From: Squalus acanthias
Taxonomy: Eukaryota
NCBI GenBank assembly: GCA_030390025.1
Contig: JASTWF010000033.1
Location: 6,450,001 to 6,514,000 of the forward strand
DNA length: 64,000 nt
Direction: 5' to 3'
Both the position numbers and the translations under genes were made by a program. Shown here one piece after another: positions 38,063-50,433 of this stretch (position 1 is the first letter of the stretch; every line of letters begins with the position of its first letter). The notes below the pieces were generated by a model, which did no database searches, was not told the origin of the DNA, and saw only the letters and a program-made list of their open reading frames with translations.

Positions 38063-41000
38063 GTGGGGTACCGACGTGATGATAACGGGCGACCAGAAAT
38101 TTTTTTTTTTCTACTGGGGGGCCGACAACAAATCATGATTATTGACACCGGTTCCTCCGTAACCATCATCCATACCCCACACCATGAACCCCATGCTGCG
38201 GCGGGCAAGGGCTGCCTGACATTACGAGGCTTTGATGGGAGGTCAACCTCTGCTTTTAAGGGAGAAATGATAACTATGCGCACAAACGTGATCGATTTAA
38301 ATGTTGATGAACTTGTCTTGATGACAACTCCTGATGGAAGGGGGATATTTGGGAAGTGATGTTTGGGAAAGTTACGGGATAAATATTGATTTCAAACAGA
38401 GGTGTATTTGGATCGGGACAGGAGTTAGTGAATTAGTCGAAATATCGGATGCCCACTCCGTAACTGCGATTAAGAGGACTTGTTTGTACGAGGCACTAGA
38501 TCACACAGATGAGAAAGTCAAAGTATTAATTCAAACGCACTCACCAGCATTCGCCACTAGTAAGCATTACTGCGGACGAATGGAGGGTGAGGTGACGATT
38601 AACGACCCGCCCCATTCCTTTGTTAAACAGTACCCAATTCCCAAGGAAAGTCATCCCTGTATTAGAGATGTCATCGAATCCCTCTTAAAACAGGGCATTC
38701 TGAGAACAGGCACTTTCACAACCAATTCATCAGCTTGGCCGGTTCGGAAGCCGAACGATAGCTGGAGGCTCACTATTTATTACCGATGTCTTAACAAGGT
38801 TACGCCCAAGAGCGCCCCTATTGTTAAGGATACGCCGACCTTATTATCAGACCTCCCAATAGACTCTAAATACTATTCCACCCTCGACATTGCGAATGTC
38901 TTTTGGAGTATTCCAGTTAGAACAGAGGATCAATATAAATTTGCTTTCACCTTTGAGGACCAGAGTTACACGTGGACGTGCCGACCCCACGTCTTCCACA
39001 ACGCCCCGACCATTTTCTATACCAGAATGGTACGGATCCTGCAAGCTTTTTCTAAGCCCCAGTGCCTGCTTCAGTATGCCGACGACTTGCTACTGGCTAC
39101 TAGTACAATCGCGGAACACCTTGAACTGTTTGATGAACTTTTAACACTGTTAAGCAGAGTAGGCTTGAAAATTAACCCTCGAAAAGCTCAACTTTTGGAG
39201 GAACAGGTAACCTATTTGGGAGTGACGATCTCTCCGCATTGTCCAAGTCCTGCCGACCACAAGCTAAAGGTTAATTCAACGGCTCCCGCTTCCTGTATCC
39301 AGGACAGCGTTCCGATCGTTTTTGGGACTACTGGGATATCAGCGTAGTTTTATTCCTGGATTTTCAGAACTTGCAAAGCCCCTCTATGAACTGTTAAAAG
39401 AAAAAGAGGATCAAAGTTCCTCCTTGTGGGGGCCAGATCACACCGCTGCAGTTGAGAAATTGAAAAAGGCTGTTATGCAGGCTACCTGTTTGATATCACC
39501 CGACCCGACACAACCATTCCATCTCGAGGTCGCATCCACCGACCATAGTTTGACTGCGGTCCTCTGTCAAGAACGACAGCACAGTTTACAACCGATCGCA
39601 TATGCCTCACGGGTTTTTGCAGGGGGCAGAACGGACTTATTCAGCGTGTGAGCGCCACCTACTGGCGACGTTCTGGGCCAGTCAACACTTTAAGTACATT
39701 ACGGGCTGACAGAGGATCATCTTACATTTCCATCACACCCCATTGAGCCTCCTTATCAAACCAGGCAATGTTTTGATCTCATCCCAAAGCACCAGTAAAT
39801 TTACTTTAGAACTATTACAACGGAACATTGATATAAACTCCAAACAGACTACTCTTTTACCACTGATGCTTGCGTACGAGGGACACCCTCAGAAGTGTCC
39901 ACTGCCTTTAATAGAATCTGAATCCCATCCTGTTTTGCATCACCAGTAGAAGGAGCCTCTGAAGTATACGTAGATAGCTCCTCCTATCACATACAGGGTT
40001 CACCTCATACCGGTTGTTTAAGTTTAAAAGTAACAAACACTCAAGCCAATATGCAGAGATTGTGGCCCATCTCATCGCCGTTCAAGAGACTTCTGGCTAC
40101 CCGACAAACATTTGGTCTGACAGTGCCGATGCCATCAATGCCATGCTGTCCATTCCCCTCTACAAGAAGAATTCCTACTTCTCGTCAGATGGTAGGCCCC
40201 TAACCCATGGGCCATGGTTACGTCTCATATGGCAGTCCTTAAAGGCACGACAAAAGTCTTGTCACATTGGTAAGATTAATACCCACAAGAGAGACCAGTC
40301 CGCTCACACCCTGGGAAATAATGCGGCAGATGTAGCTGCTAAAGAAGCAGCCCTGACCCGTGATCCTCTATCTCTACAACTTGTGGAGTTAATCCCAGTT
40401 GCTGCAGTTAGCAAAGCTTTCGATTTGGCTCCCCTTCAAACAGAGTATAGCCCCTATCAGATAGTCATCAATTGGCATGAACAAGGTAAACTCTTACGGG
40501 CACCAACCGCATGGGCCCCCAAGACCCTTCTTAATACAAAGGGTTCACAACCATTACTTATGTATCAAGATGCCCCAGATAAGTACTCGGTTGTCTGTAT
40601 TCCCCCACACCTGGCAGAAGAACTCTTGTTGCTATTCCAATCCCACCTTGTAGGAGGTCAACACTCGGCAGAAGTCACTTTCACAAAGATTGCCTCCACA
40701 GCCTAGTGGCCTGATATGAAGGAAACTGTAAATGTATATGTTTCCCGATGCATACCGTGTTTGCATGTTCCAACCGTGCCCTCCCTCGAAGTCAGCCAGG
40801 CCCTGATGTGCCCTGGACTCATGTTCAAAATTATTTTATTGGTCCCCTCCCACCTTCGCAGGGCAATTATAATTGTGCCCTCGTTGTTATCGACCAGTTC
40901 ACTAAATGGATTGAGGCTTTCCCCTCCCGATCCAACACTGCGCTTACTGCGGTCAGATTGTTATTGAGTGAGGTGTTCTGTGGGTTGGGACTTCCAATTC

Positions 41001-41184
41001 AAGTTAATATTGATCAGGGCACCCACTTCACTGATGAAGTTTTTTTCCAAATTACAGGAAATTATGGGATTTAAACTTAAGCTACATATAGCTCAACATC
41101 CCCAATCATCCGGGATAGTGGAAAGAGGGAATCGCACACTGAAATCCATGTTGGGGAAATTGTAAGCAGAACACCCCACTCAAT
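38063..41184 (+). pseudogene. pol: Retroviral pro-pol (PR-RT-tether-RNase H-IN), frameshifted
   Basis: ORF fragments 38063-38359, 38334-39347, 39322-39651, 40014-40706, 40748-41074, 40968-41165. Confidence 0.9.
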
Positions 41185-41673
41185 GGCCCAGAAAATCGCT
41201 TCTCCGGCTTGCCGCAGGGGTAAGGATCACGCGCGATATTACCTACCGAGTCTGCCGTTCTGGTTTGACTCCACAGGAACTTCAGATTTTTTGAAGAGCC
41301 CTCGCGGGCAGCGTCTGACGTCACACCGCCCTGGAGCGCAGCGTGCGCGGAGCCTCCCGTGCGGAGGGCAGGGAAGACACGCACTCCGAAGTCGTATTTG
41401 CATAAGCCACGCCCCCATTTATTTTTACATGTTGGCAAGCTTTGGAAATAGCAGCACAGGATTTCCAGCGCTGCAGTACTTTGCTATCAACAGTAAGTTG
41501 TCTCTTTGTATTTAAATGCATGTTTTGCAAACTTTTACAAACTTTTTAAAGACTTTTCCATGAATTGGAAGAATTTTAAACAGTTTTAAAGAGATTTGAA
41601 GTAATTTAAATAGTTTTAAAAGCCCTGAAAGCATTTTTTCATTCATTTTATTTAATTTATTTAGCAAAGTGAA

Positions 41674-43218
41674 ATGGCTGGAATGAGCACAATTCACATT
41701 ATCAAAATAACTCACAATTTCAGTGACGATGATCTCAGCACACTCCTCAACGACTTTGAGGCGAAGCGCCTGCGGCTTATTGGAACTGAGAAGTCGAAGG
41801 CGCCGCGAAAAGGCCAAACGTTAGCTTGGAAAGAGGTTGCCCAGGCTGTCAGTGCGAACTCCACCATTCCACGGACAGCAGAACAATGCCGCTAGAAATT
41901 CAGTGTTTTATTGCGCACTCTCAAGGTTTGTATAGTTATTACAAAAGTCAACTGTAAAATGACTTTAAATTTAACTGAACTAGTTTTCAAAATATATATA
42001 TATGTGTTTGTTTACTCAAGTGACTTAATTGCAGGCACAGGAGGTTGCCATAATTTTTTTTGGCTTTTGGGGCCAGCTCAGGGTCACCCATTGAGCTCTT
42101 ATCTTGATTCCACTGCTTTGAGTTGTTTAGTGAGTTAAACAAAACCACTGTCTGCAAAGCTGTGTGTGTCCCAATGCACTTTGGGTGTAATATGCAGAAA
42201 AACCTTACATTTCATGACATTTCATATTTTCTGTTTTCATTTTAGAGTAAAGCTGCTCACAACGCCAGAGAACGTGCACTGACAGGCGGTGGTGTTGTCA
42301 CGTTAAGGTCTTTATCCGAACATGAGGAAAGTGTCGAACATCTGTTTGGAGTTAGTAGCGGCTGCCCCTTTGAAGGTGTCCGAACCGACACTGGTCTGCA
42401 TATCCGTGAATTGCTCTGGCCAGCTATATGTTTAAAAATGTTAGATGTGCGTTGAATATCAGCTTCTGTGATGTGGTACATCATGCTTTACCTTTGAAAA
42501 TGTTTACTGTTTCCTTTCCACAGGTGTACAGCAGACTTCTCACACACGGGATGAGCAGTGCGTTGGGTCTGCAGCCGCAGAGGGCATTGGGGAAGGGGTT
42601 GCTGAGGCAATGGGTGCAGTGAGTGAGGTGATGGGGGTGGAGGAGCAGGAGCAACTTGTGGATCTAGTGGAAGAGGAGGGTATGGAACCTGGGTTGCTGG
42701 AGAGCTCCTCTCCATCTCCTGGCCCCTCTGGCTCTGTGCCAGACAGACACCAGCTTGATACTGCAGTGCTTGTGGGAGAAGCAGATATACATGCAACAGA
42801 ACAGAATAAGTTACAAGGTCAGATGCAGCATCTTGAAGGGTTGAGGCAATCGATGTGTTCTCTTACTGAGAAGAAAGTTGACTCTCTTGCCTCGATCAGG
42901 CAGGGAATGGATTCTATTGACATGGCGCTTCATCAAATAAATTAGTCTCTCGTTGGACTCTTGCACAAACCAGATTTCGGAATGGCGCTTAATCAAATAA
43001 ATGAGTCTCTCGTTGGACTCTTGCACAAACCAAATGTGGGAATGAAGCTTCATCAAATAAATGAGTCTCTCGTTGGACTCTTGCATATGCTTAAACCACT
43101 ATCTGCTGCCATTACTTTGACTCCCGCAGAACCGCCCTTACCTTCTTCCCAGCGCAGAAACAATGCGGGCCAAAGAGCCAGCTGCTCCGGCAGTTGTGAG
43201 GCAAGCAAACGTTGCCTT

Positions 43219-43250
<32 letters not shown>

Positions 43251-43390
43251 CCTGTCAGGAGGCAATTGCTGAAGGGCAAGAGATGGCAAACAGGGCCCAT
43301 TCAAGTCGCAGCACAGGGCTCCGGTCACGGGGAGCGGGAAAGCGCAGGAGACGGGAGGGTGTCACCTTTTCCACAATGCACATCCATTGA
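41674..43390 (+). pseudogene. Harbinger Myb/SANT-like DNA-binding protein (spliced)
   Basis: Exon 1 41674-41925 (NFSDDDL..AWKEVAQAVSA..RTAEQCR*KF, internal TAG); exon 2 from 42246 (SKAAHNARERALTGGG); exon 3 from ~42524, acidic/coiled-coil. Confidence 0.75.
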
Positions 43391-43880
43391 CCCTCAGGCA
43401 CAGATGCGAGGGGGTAAATCGTTCAATTGTTTAATTTTTCGTTGTATTAAAATTTTAAATGTTTTCATTGCTTTTTTTATTGAAATATATATTTGTGACT
43501 GAAAGTGTATGTAACCTTTTCATTTAAAAAGTACAGCCTCTAGTCACTTGGAAAAAATTCAACTTGTTTATTTGCAAAAAAATTAACATTACATGTTTTA
43601 AATTTAGAAAATAGCTAATTTCCATCTTGAATGTCTTTATTGCACTAAGAAACAAAAAAAGTCACTGTAAACTGTTTACAAATTTTATTCTAAACTATTA
43701 ATGTTTACGAATGTTTGACAAATAGAAAATAGATAGTTAACATTTGAAAGTTATAAACTATGTACATCAACACTGAACCTCAGAAGTCTTTGATGCTGCA
43801 ATAAAAGTGCACTGTATCACTTTAAATTGTGTCTGTTCCTTTCTTTGTCTTGCTGGGGGAGGGGGAGGTACAAGGCGACA

Positions 43881-45028
43881 CTACCTCGTGAAGGTGTTGG
43901 CTACCAGCTGCTCCCGAGCAGCCTTACTTTCAGCAGCACGTGGCTCATCCCCATCAGGCCTTCCCACAGGCACATTGGCATCGTCCACGTCCTCCATTTC
44001 AGCAGGTAGTTCCTCTGCAGCGTTAAGGGTCAGTCCTTCCCGCAGGGCAAAGTTATGCAAAGCACAACAGGCCACCACAATCTTTGCCACTTTCAGAGGG
44101 GATTACTGCAATGTCCCCCCTGACCTGTCCAGGCACCGGAAGCGTGATTTCAGAACTTCGATTGTCCTCTCCACCACTTGCCGTGTGGACACGTGTGCCT
44201 GGTTGTATCTCTCCTGAGCCTCATTATTGGTCTTGCGGTAGGGAGTCATCAGCCACGGTCTTAGTGGGTAGCCCTTGTCGCCCAATATCCATGCGGATCC
44301 TGGAGGCAATGCGTTGAGGGCGCCATATAATTTCGAGTTATGGAGGACGAAGGAGTCATGATTACTTCCCCGGTTACTTGCATTCACATTTAGGATCCTG
44401 AGGTGCGCATCACAGACTATCATGACATTCAGTGAATGAAACCCCTTCCTGTTGATGAATGTCACAGGTGCATCCACTGGTGCCTTCAATGCAACATGGG
44501 TTCCATCGACGGCCCCAATCACTTTGGGGAATCCAGCAATGGTATAAAATGCAAGGGCCATCTCCTTTTGATGTTGAGTGGACAAGTCAAAGTTAATGAA
44601 CTCTCAAGCCCTACGGAAAATGGCATCTGTGACCTGGTGAATGCAGGCCCTCGCAGCATTCTTAGAGATGTTGGTAATGTCACCGGTGCTTGCCTGAAAT
44701 GACCCACTTGCAAAGAAGTTCAGTGCTGTGGTTACCTTCATGCTCACTGACAAGGCAGTGCGGGTCTTCGAGCGTGTTTGAAGGTCCTCCTTTAACAAGT
44801 CACAGAGTCGGCCGATTGATTCTTTACTGAAGCGCAGCCTCCTCACACACAACTCCTCCGACAGCATCTCAAATGACAGCCTCTCCCTGTACACTTCTGG
44901 GGTGGGTAGTAGTTTCTCCTTCTCAGGAGGAGACTGTTTTGGTTCCTCCGTCTGTCTTGTCTCCTCGCGTCTAAAATTCTCTGATACAAAATCGCACAGA
45001 GGACAAGGACAGCATTCTCAAAGGGCAT
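43881..45028 (-). pseudogene. Harbinger (HARBI1-like) DDE transposase
   Basis: LNFFASGSFQ, GFPKVIGAVDGTHV, NRKGFHSLNV, HDSFV, WILGDKGYPLRPWLMTP, VVERTIEVLKSRFRCL, CCALHN; one frameshift and two stops. Confidence 0.95.
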
Positions 45029-45828
45029 GTTTCTCCCTCACAGGCTTCCTCTTTAAACAGATTAAGTAGTTGTAAGGAAAAAATGGAAAAAGTTGTTAAA
45101 GTAATTTTAATAAAGTGAGTGGCTTGAAAATCAGGTCGGGCTATGGTGGGAAACGTGCGGTATCGGATTGGGAACACGTCTACCCGCCTGATGAATATCA
45201 CGGCCCGAGATGATTTTCCAAAACGGTAACATTTTCAGAAAGTCATATATACATACATATATACTTACTTAAAGGAATATAATTGATGATCATTTTCTTT
45301 TTTTAAACTTTTGGAAATGTAAATAATGCATTTTTAAACAGTCATTTTCATATTTAAGAAATAAACCTAATTCAATAGGCCTTGTACACACCGAGAGTTG
45401 CTAGACTGCTCCAAATGGTCAAAACCCGTTTTAATTTTTTTTTTCCAATTGCAAACTTACCTCAGACTTTATGAAATAAACTTTGCTGCCTTTCAGATTT
45501 AAACATTTTCACTTTAGTCGCCCCACTGCTGAAAGATTTCTTCTTCCTGCTGGTTACGGAGCTTACCAAGATGGTTTACTCAAGCTTTTTACAAGCGTAG
45601 TTGCTGCGATCTTACACCCACTAAACCCATGCATAAAAATTGCGAAGTTCAATGCGCACGCGCTGATTCACCGGCGCACGCGATTCACCGAAGAACCCTT
45701 TCCTTCAGGCCACCGGAAGTTCCGGTTTCCCGCGCATGCGCAGTGCATGCAAGAAACCGGCACTTCGGGAAGCAATACGGGTGAGTACGGACTGTGTACT
45801 TACCCGGGAAGGGCCGAATTTTTGGGCC

Positions 45829-48056
45829 ATTAAAATCCCCCACTATACAAGGGTTTTCCGCCTCTGCCACTTCAGTGAATAACCATCAAATACCTCACGA
45901 CGCTTGCAATGGTCGTTCGGTGCACAGATATTAAAGAGATCGCAATTAAATTCCTCCAATTTTAGCTTTAGCCGTAAAATCTCCCCTCAGTGTCCTTGTC
46001 CACCATCGCAACGTTCTCTTTTATTAACGGACTCTCCAAAACAGCCAGCCCTCTGCGGTTATTGTTTGCACAACTTGCAAACACCTCTCTCTTCCAAACC
46101 TTCCGAACTCTTTCTCTGAAATCCTCATCCCAAATGGTTTCTTGCAGACACAACAAATCAGTGCCTTTAAAACATTGCACCAACTGCTGCAATTTCTTCT
46201 CACCCCTCAGTCCGTTCACATTAATCGAGACCAATGTAATCATGGCTCCGAATAAGGAAAGTCTGCCTGATAACCCCCCATTATTTAATCGCTGGCACCT
46301 CCTCCTCTCATGATCCTTCCCAACCTTTCGGGCAGCTGTTGGTTTCTCCTGCAGCCTCCGGCTCTTCTTCACCTCCTGTTTGAACCTTCCCTGCAGTTTC
46401 AGCCTCTTCCTTACATTAGCTTTGGGCTGAGGTGCTGCCTCTTCTCTCTCCCTCTGCGCATCACTAACATTTCCCTTTCCACACGATGCCACCCCAGCCC
46501 CCACTTCCATGTCTCTGTCCCATTCTGATTCCTCACTCTCGAACTCTTCTGTAACCTCCCGTCCCTGCTCCCCATCAGATACAAAAGCTCCCTTAGAGAG
46601 TCTTCCTGCTATCGCGGTATCTCCAACAGTGCCGCACCCTTTGGCCTCAACTCCACTGCTGAACCTTGCTCCCCGTTTCTTCTCTCTCTGGGAAAATGGC
46701 GCATCTGCACCTATCTTCCTCTCTGCTGGCCCCTTTGTCTCCCCGCTCCCGTCCTGCTGCCCCTTTAAGGTTCCTGGCTCTTGCAAACTCTCCTTGTCTT
46801 TCCCTCTCCTGCTCTCCGAGATGTTCACTCCCCGTCTTTCTTTGGAGTACTTACACTTACCATGCAACCCGCTCCTACCTCCTCTCTCCCAGTGGACACC
46901 TGATTCTTTAGGGAGAGCCGAGCCGTATTCTGGCTCGACTCTGCCGTCGACTCTTGCTGCCCTCTGCTGTCTTTGTCCTTTTCCGCTGTACTTGTTGTGT
47001 TTTCCACCATCTCTATTCTGTTCTCTGTTCCGCCATTTTCTGCCTCCTCCTGCGTTGTTTTCTGCTTCCATTCAGCAGCTGTGTCCTCCGCCTGCTCCGC
47101 TCCTCCAACCGTTCAACTCTCACCTCCTGCTCCTTCTCCCATCTCCTCGTTACTCAAGGTGTTTCCTTCTGCCTCACACTCACCGCGGGTGAGGTCTTTG
47201 TGACACACCCCACAGCTCTCCAATTGCAGCTCCGAGCTTTGTGTCCAGAATCGCTGCAATTATACCAGTACAAGTCTGGACAGCTTCTTACAAATGATCA
47301 CGTGCAAGTCAATAATAACAAACCTTCACCTGGTTGTCATGCAGTGCCCGGAAGTACAACACTCCTTCCATTGTCTCAAATTTCATGCTATACAGCAATG
47401 ACTTCACCCCTCTGGGAACCGCACCTAAACGTAACGGGTTCCATCTTTTACTTGCGTTCCTGGATAATATCTCCTCTTTATTGCCGAGCAAATTGTTGTA
47501 TCCCACGACTGCAACGTTTTCATTAGCACATTGTCCTCAATATAAACCAGCAGATTTAAGAATGAGACCACCACCTCTTCAGAATATAGCACAGATACGT
47601 CCAAGAACATATTACCAACCTTCGAACTGAGTCAAAGTCTTTGCACTTTCTCTCGGCCGCTGACCATAACCTGGAAATCAACATTAGGCTTTGGTCGGCA
47701 GGCAAAGCAGCTTCTCTCAACGCAGTCCTCGTGTACCGCCTGGATAATATCCCAAGCTCGTATCTCCTTAACCTTGCACTGAATCATCACTGTGTTTTCT
47801 TTTCCAAACCTCCTGGTGTATCGGCCCAAGTCTTTGGGCCTTTTTCCTCCCTTTCCCCAACATTTTCTCCACTGATTAAATTAATTCTGGTAACACTGTC
47901 CTCTGAGGGGCCCAGCACTCCGGCTGCTGAAAATGAACCAAAAAGGCCCTAAAACCTGGAAGAAAAACCACCACCAACGTTTTACAAATACACTCCAACT
48001 CCCTGCAGTAATCAAACAACCAGCAGCCCCTGCTCACTGTTAGCCCCTCCCATCAA
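45829..48056 (-). mobile_element. Tx1-like LINE 5' part (ORF1 with CCHC knuckles, APE start of ORF2)
   Basis: ORF1 fragments (FACRPK; RYYPGTQVKDGTRYV; degenerate CYY.LARDH..C and YNCSDSGHKARSC); ORF2 SINVNGL..LCLQET..GLAVL..APND..IVGDFN. Confidence 0.8.
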
Positions 48057-48089
48057 GAGAGTGCTACCCACTGAGACACAGCTACCTTG

Positions 48090-49640
48090 GCTCGCCACTA
48101 TTTCCGGGAAGTTTTTTGCGTCTTGTTCCATGAAGACAGGCACAATGTTTTTGTTTAATTTCTCTGCCATTTCATTACTCCCCATTATAATTTCTCCTGT
48201 CTCGGCCTGTAAGGGAATTTCGTTTATTTTTGCGAATCGTTTCCTTTTTACTTAGCTATATAAGCTTTTACAGCACGTTTAATGTCTCTCGCGAGTTTAC
48301 TCTCATTCTAATTTCCCTTTCATTATCAATTTCTTGGTCCTCCTTTGCTGAATTCTAAAATCCTCCCAATCCTCAGGCTTACGACTCTTTTGGCAGCATT
48401 ATACGGTCATCCTTTGATCTTATACTATCTTTAGTTTCTCTTGTTAGCCGCGATTGGACCACTTTTCCTGTGCTGTTTTTGTGCCTTAAAGGAATGAGTA
48501 TTTGTTGTAAATTATGAATTAATTCTTTATATGCTAGCCATTGGTTGTCTAAATCATACCTGGTACTGTACCTTCCCAATCCACCGTAGCCAACTCGCTC
48601 CTCATACCTACAAAGTTTGCTTTTTTTCTGAGATTTAAGAACCTAGTTTCGGATCTAACTAAATCACTTTCAAGCTCAATGTAAAATTCTACATCTTATG
48701 GTCAACCTTCCCTAAAGGCCCCTTTACTACAAGGTTATTAATGAACCTTTTCTCATTGCAAAATTCGAGATATAAAACAGCCTGTTGCCGATTTGGTTCC
48801 TCAACATACTGATCCAGACAACTATCTTATATACATTCCATGAATTTTCCCTTCACACTATTGCTGCAAAGGTGGTTTGCACAGTCTATATGTAGATTAA
48901 AGTCCCCCATGATTACTGTATTACCCTTGTTACATGTGCGTCCAATTTCCTGATTTATACTCTGCCCTACATTACAACTATTATTTGGGCGCCTATAAAC
49001 AACTCCCACAAATATATCCCTCCCCTTGCTGTTTCTTAAATCCACCAAAACTGATTCACTTCTTGATTTTCAGAGCAAAGATCCATTCTCTCTGATGTAT
49101 TTATCCCATTCTTTACTATCCGGGCTACCCCTCCACCTATTCCATTTTGCCTATTTCTTCTAAAAGTTAAGTAACCTGGAATATTTAGTTCCCAACCTTG
49201 GCCACTTTACAATGACGTTTCCATTATGACTATTAGATCAAACTACCTAGGTTGCAGTCACACCGTCCTGTCTCTAACCAGACCTGTACCACTAACCTAA
49301 GGGATGTTAATGCCAATTGTTCAAAGTGTCCAAGTAACACCCCCATCCCTGATGCCCCGCAATGTCTGCACCTCAGAGTCAAGCTCAAAATCTCTGAGCT
49401 GAATTTCCTCAAAATGCAGACACTTACTTCTAGCGTGGTTGTCCGGGATCTCAATGGTCTCCACAAACTCCCACATGCTGCATTTGCGGCACATCACCTG
49501 CACTCCCACCCCCATATGCCGTTGTTTTATTTAATTGAATTGAATACAATTTGTAATTCGGTAATTTAGTTCACAGTGTAGTTTCCTGACTACTTACCTG
49601 ATCTAGATTAAGTTAAGTGTACTGAAATTAAATATCTACC
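48090..49640 (-). mobile_element. Internally deleted CR1 (ORF1 N-terminus + APE)
   Basis: VMCRKCSMWE..; VGVVYRRPN..IMGDFNLHID. Confidence 0.8.
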
Positions 49641-50079
49641 TGTAACACAAAGCACTACAAGCAGTTTAGGCAAAAAGCAACAACTCCTTGACCCTCTTCT
49701 CCAAAATCCCAGTCTTTCCAAAATACCAAATAAAACACAAGTTCAAGTCCACTCTGTTTAATCCAGCTTTATGCAGACTGCCACTTACCGGCCTCGCTTC
49801 TTGGAAAGTGGAAAGCTCAATGGCTGCAAACCGCCCGCCGGAGAAAATTCCCGAGTGCGAACCGCCATTTTTCTGCGGGGCACCGGTGTCGCCATTTTTA
49901 TGCGGGGCGGGTCCCGCTGCTGGGCTCACTGAGCTGCGCCGCCATCATTGTCTAGGGCAAGGCAGCCGGCATCTTAGCGCTGACGGGAATTCCGCTGCTT
50001 CTGTCGGCGCGTTCGGGGCGGCCATCATTTTCTAGGGCAGTGGTGCCTTTCCAGAGGGGCCTGACAGATGGCTGGGCCC

Positions 50080-50410
50080 CTCACAGGGAGCCCAGTGTAG
50101 ACAGTGTATGAATGAGCGTGTGAATGGCCCCGTTCACCGACCCCGCGGCCGGTCCGGGGGAGAGCGGCTGGCCACAATATCAGTCCCTGAGAACCCACTG
50201 TAGAGTGTATGTGAGGGAGCGTGTCAATATCCCCGATTACCGGCCCCCCTGGCGGTCCAGCCTGGGGGAGAGCGGCTCACCACAAAATCAGGCCCAGGGA
50301 ACACAGTGTAGACAGCGTGTGAGTGAGCGTTTGAATGTTCCCGATCACCTGCCGCGCGGGCGGCCCGGGGAGAGCGATCTCACCACAATATCAGTCCCAG
50401 GGAGCACACA
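50080..50410. repeat. ~105-bp GC-rich tandem repeat, ~3 copies
   Basis: gagagcg..ccacaa.atcag.ccc recurs at ~50160, ~50268 and ~50370. Confidence 0.75.
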
Positions 50411-50433
50411 GGCTGCAAAGTCATTGCTACTTC

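Larger units (their letters stand above)
35130..41184 (+). mobile_element. Degenerate endogenous retrovirus-like provirus (5' LTR-gag-pro-pol), 3'-truncated
   Basis: PBS at 36040; CCHC knuckle CYNCGSPGHYSKLC; protease IIDTGSS; RT (WPVRKPNDSWRLTI, LDIANVFWSIP, QYADDLL); tether; RNase H (VYVDSS, YAEI, WSDS, GNNAAD); integrase (VVIDQFTKWIEAFP, DQGTHFT, HPQSSGIVER). Confidence 0.9.
41185..45828. mobile_element. PIF/Harbinger DNA transposon, structurally complete but inactivated
   Basis: TIRs ggcccagaaaatcg / cgaatttttgggcc; convergent Myb/SANT-like and DDE transposase genes. Confidence 0.9.

Noticed and set aside
35130..41184. Foamy virus or plain Ty3/gypsy assignment
   Set aside because: CCHC knuckle and non-Lys PBS argue against foamy; the second RNase H argues against ordinary gypsy. 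Phylogeny is still needed.
43881..45028. Domesticated HARBI1 gene
   Set aside because: Flanked by TIRs, paired with a Myb-like gene and frame-disrupted, so a transposon copy
45968..47071. 367-aa ORF as a host gene
   Set aside because: It is the Tx1 ORF1 tail running into the ORF2 endonuclease
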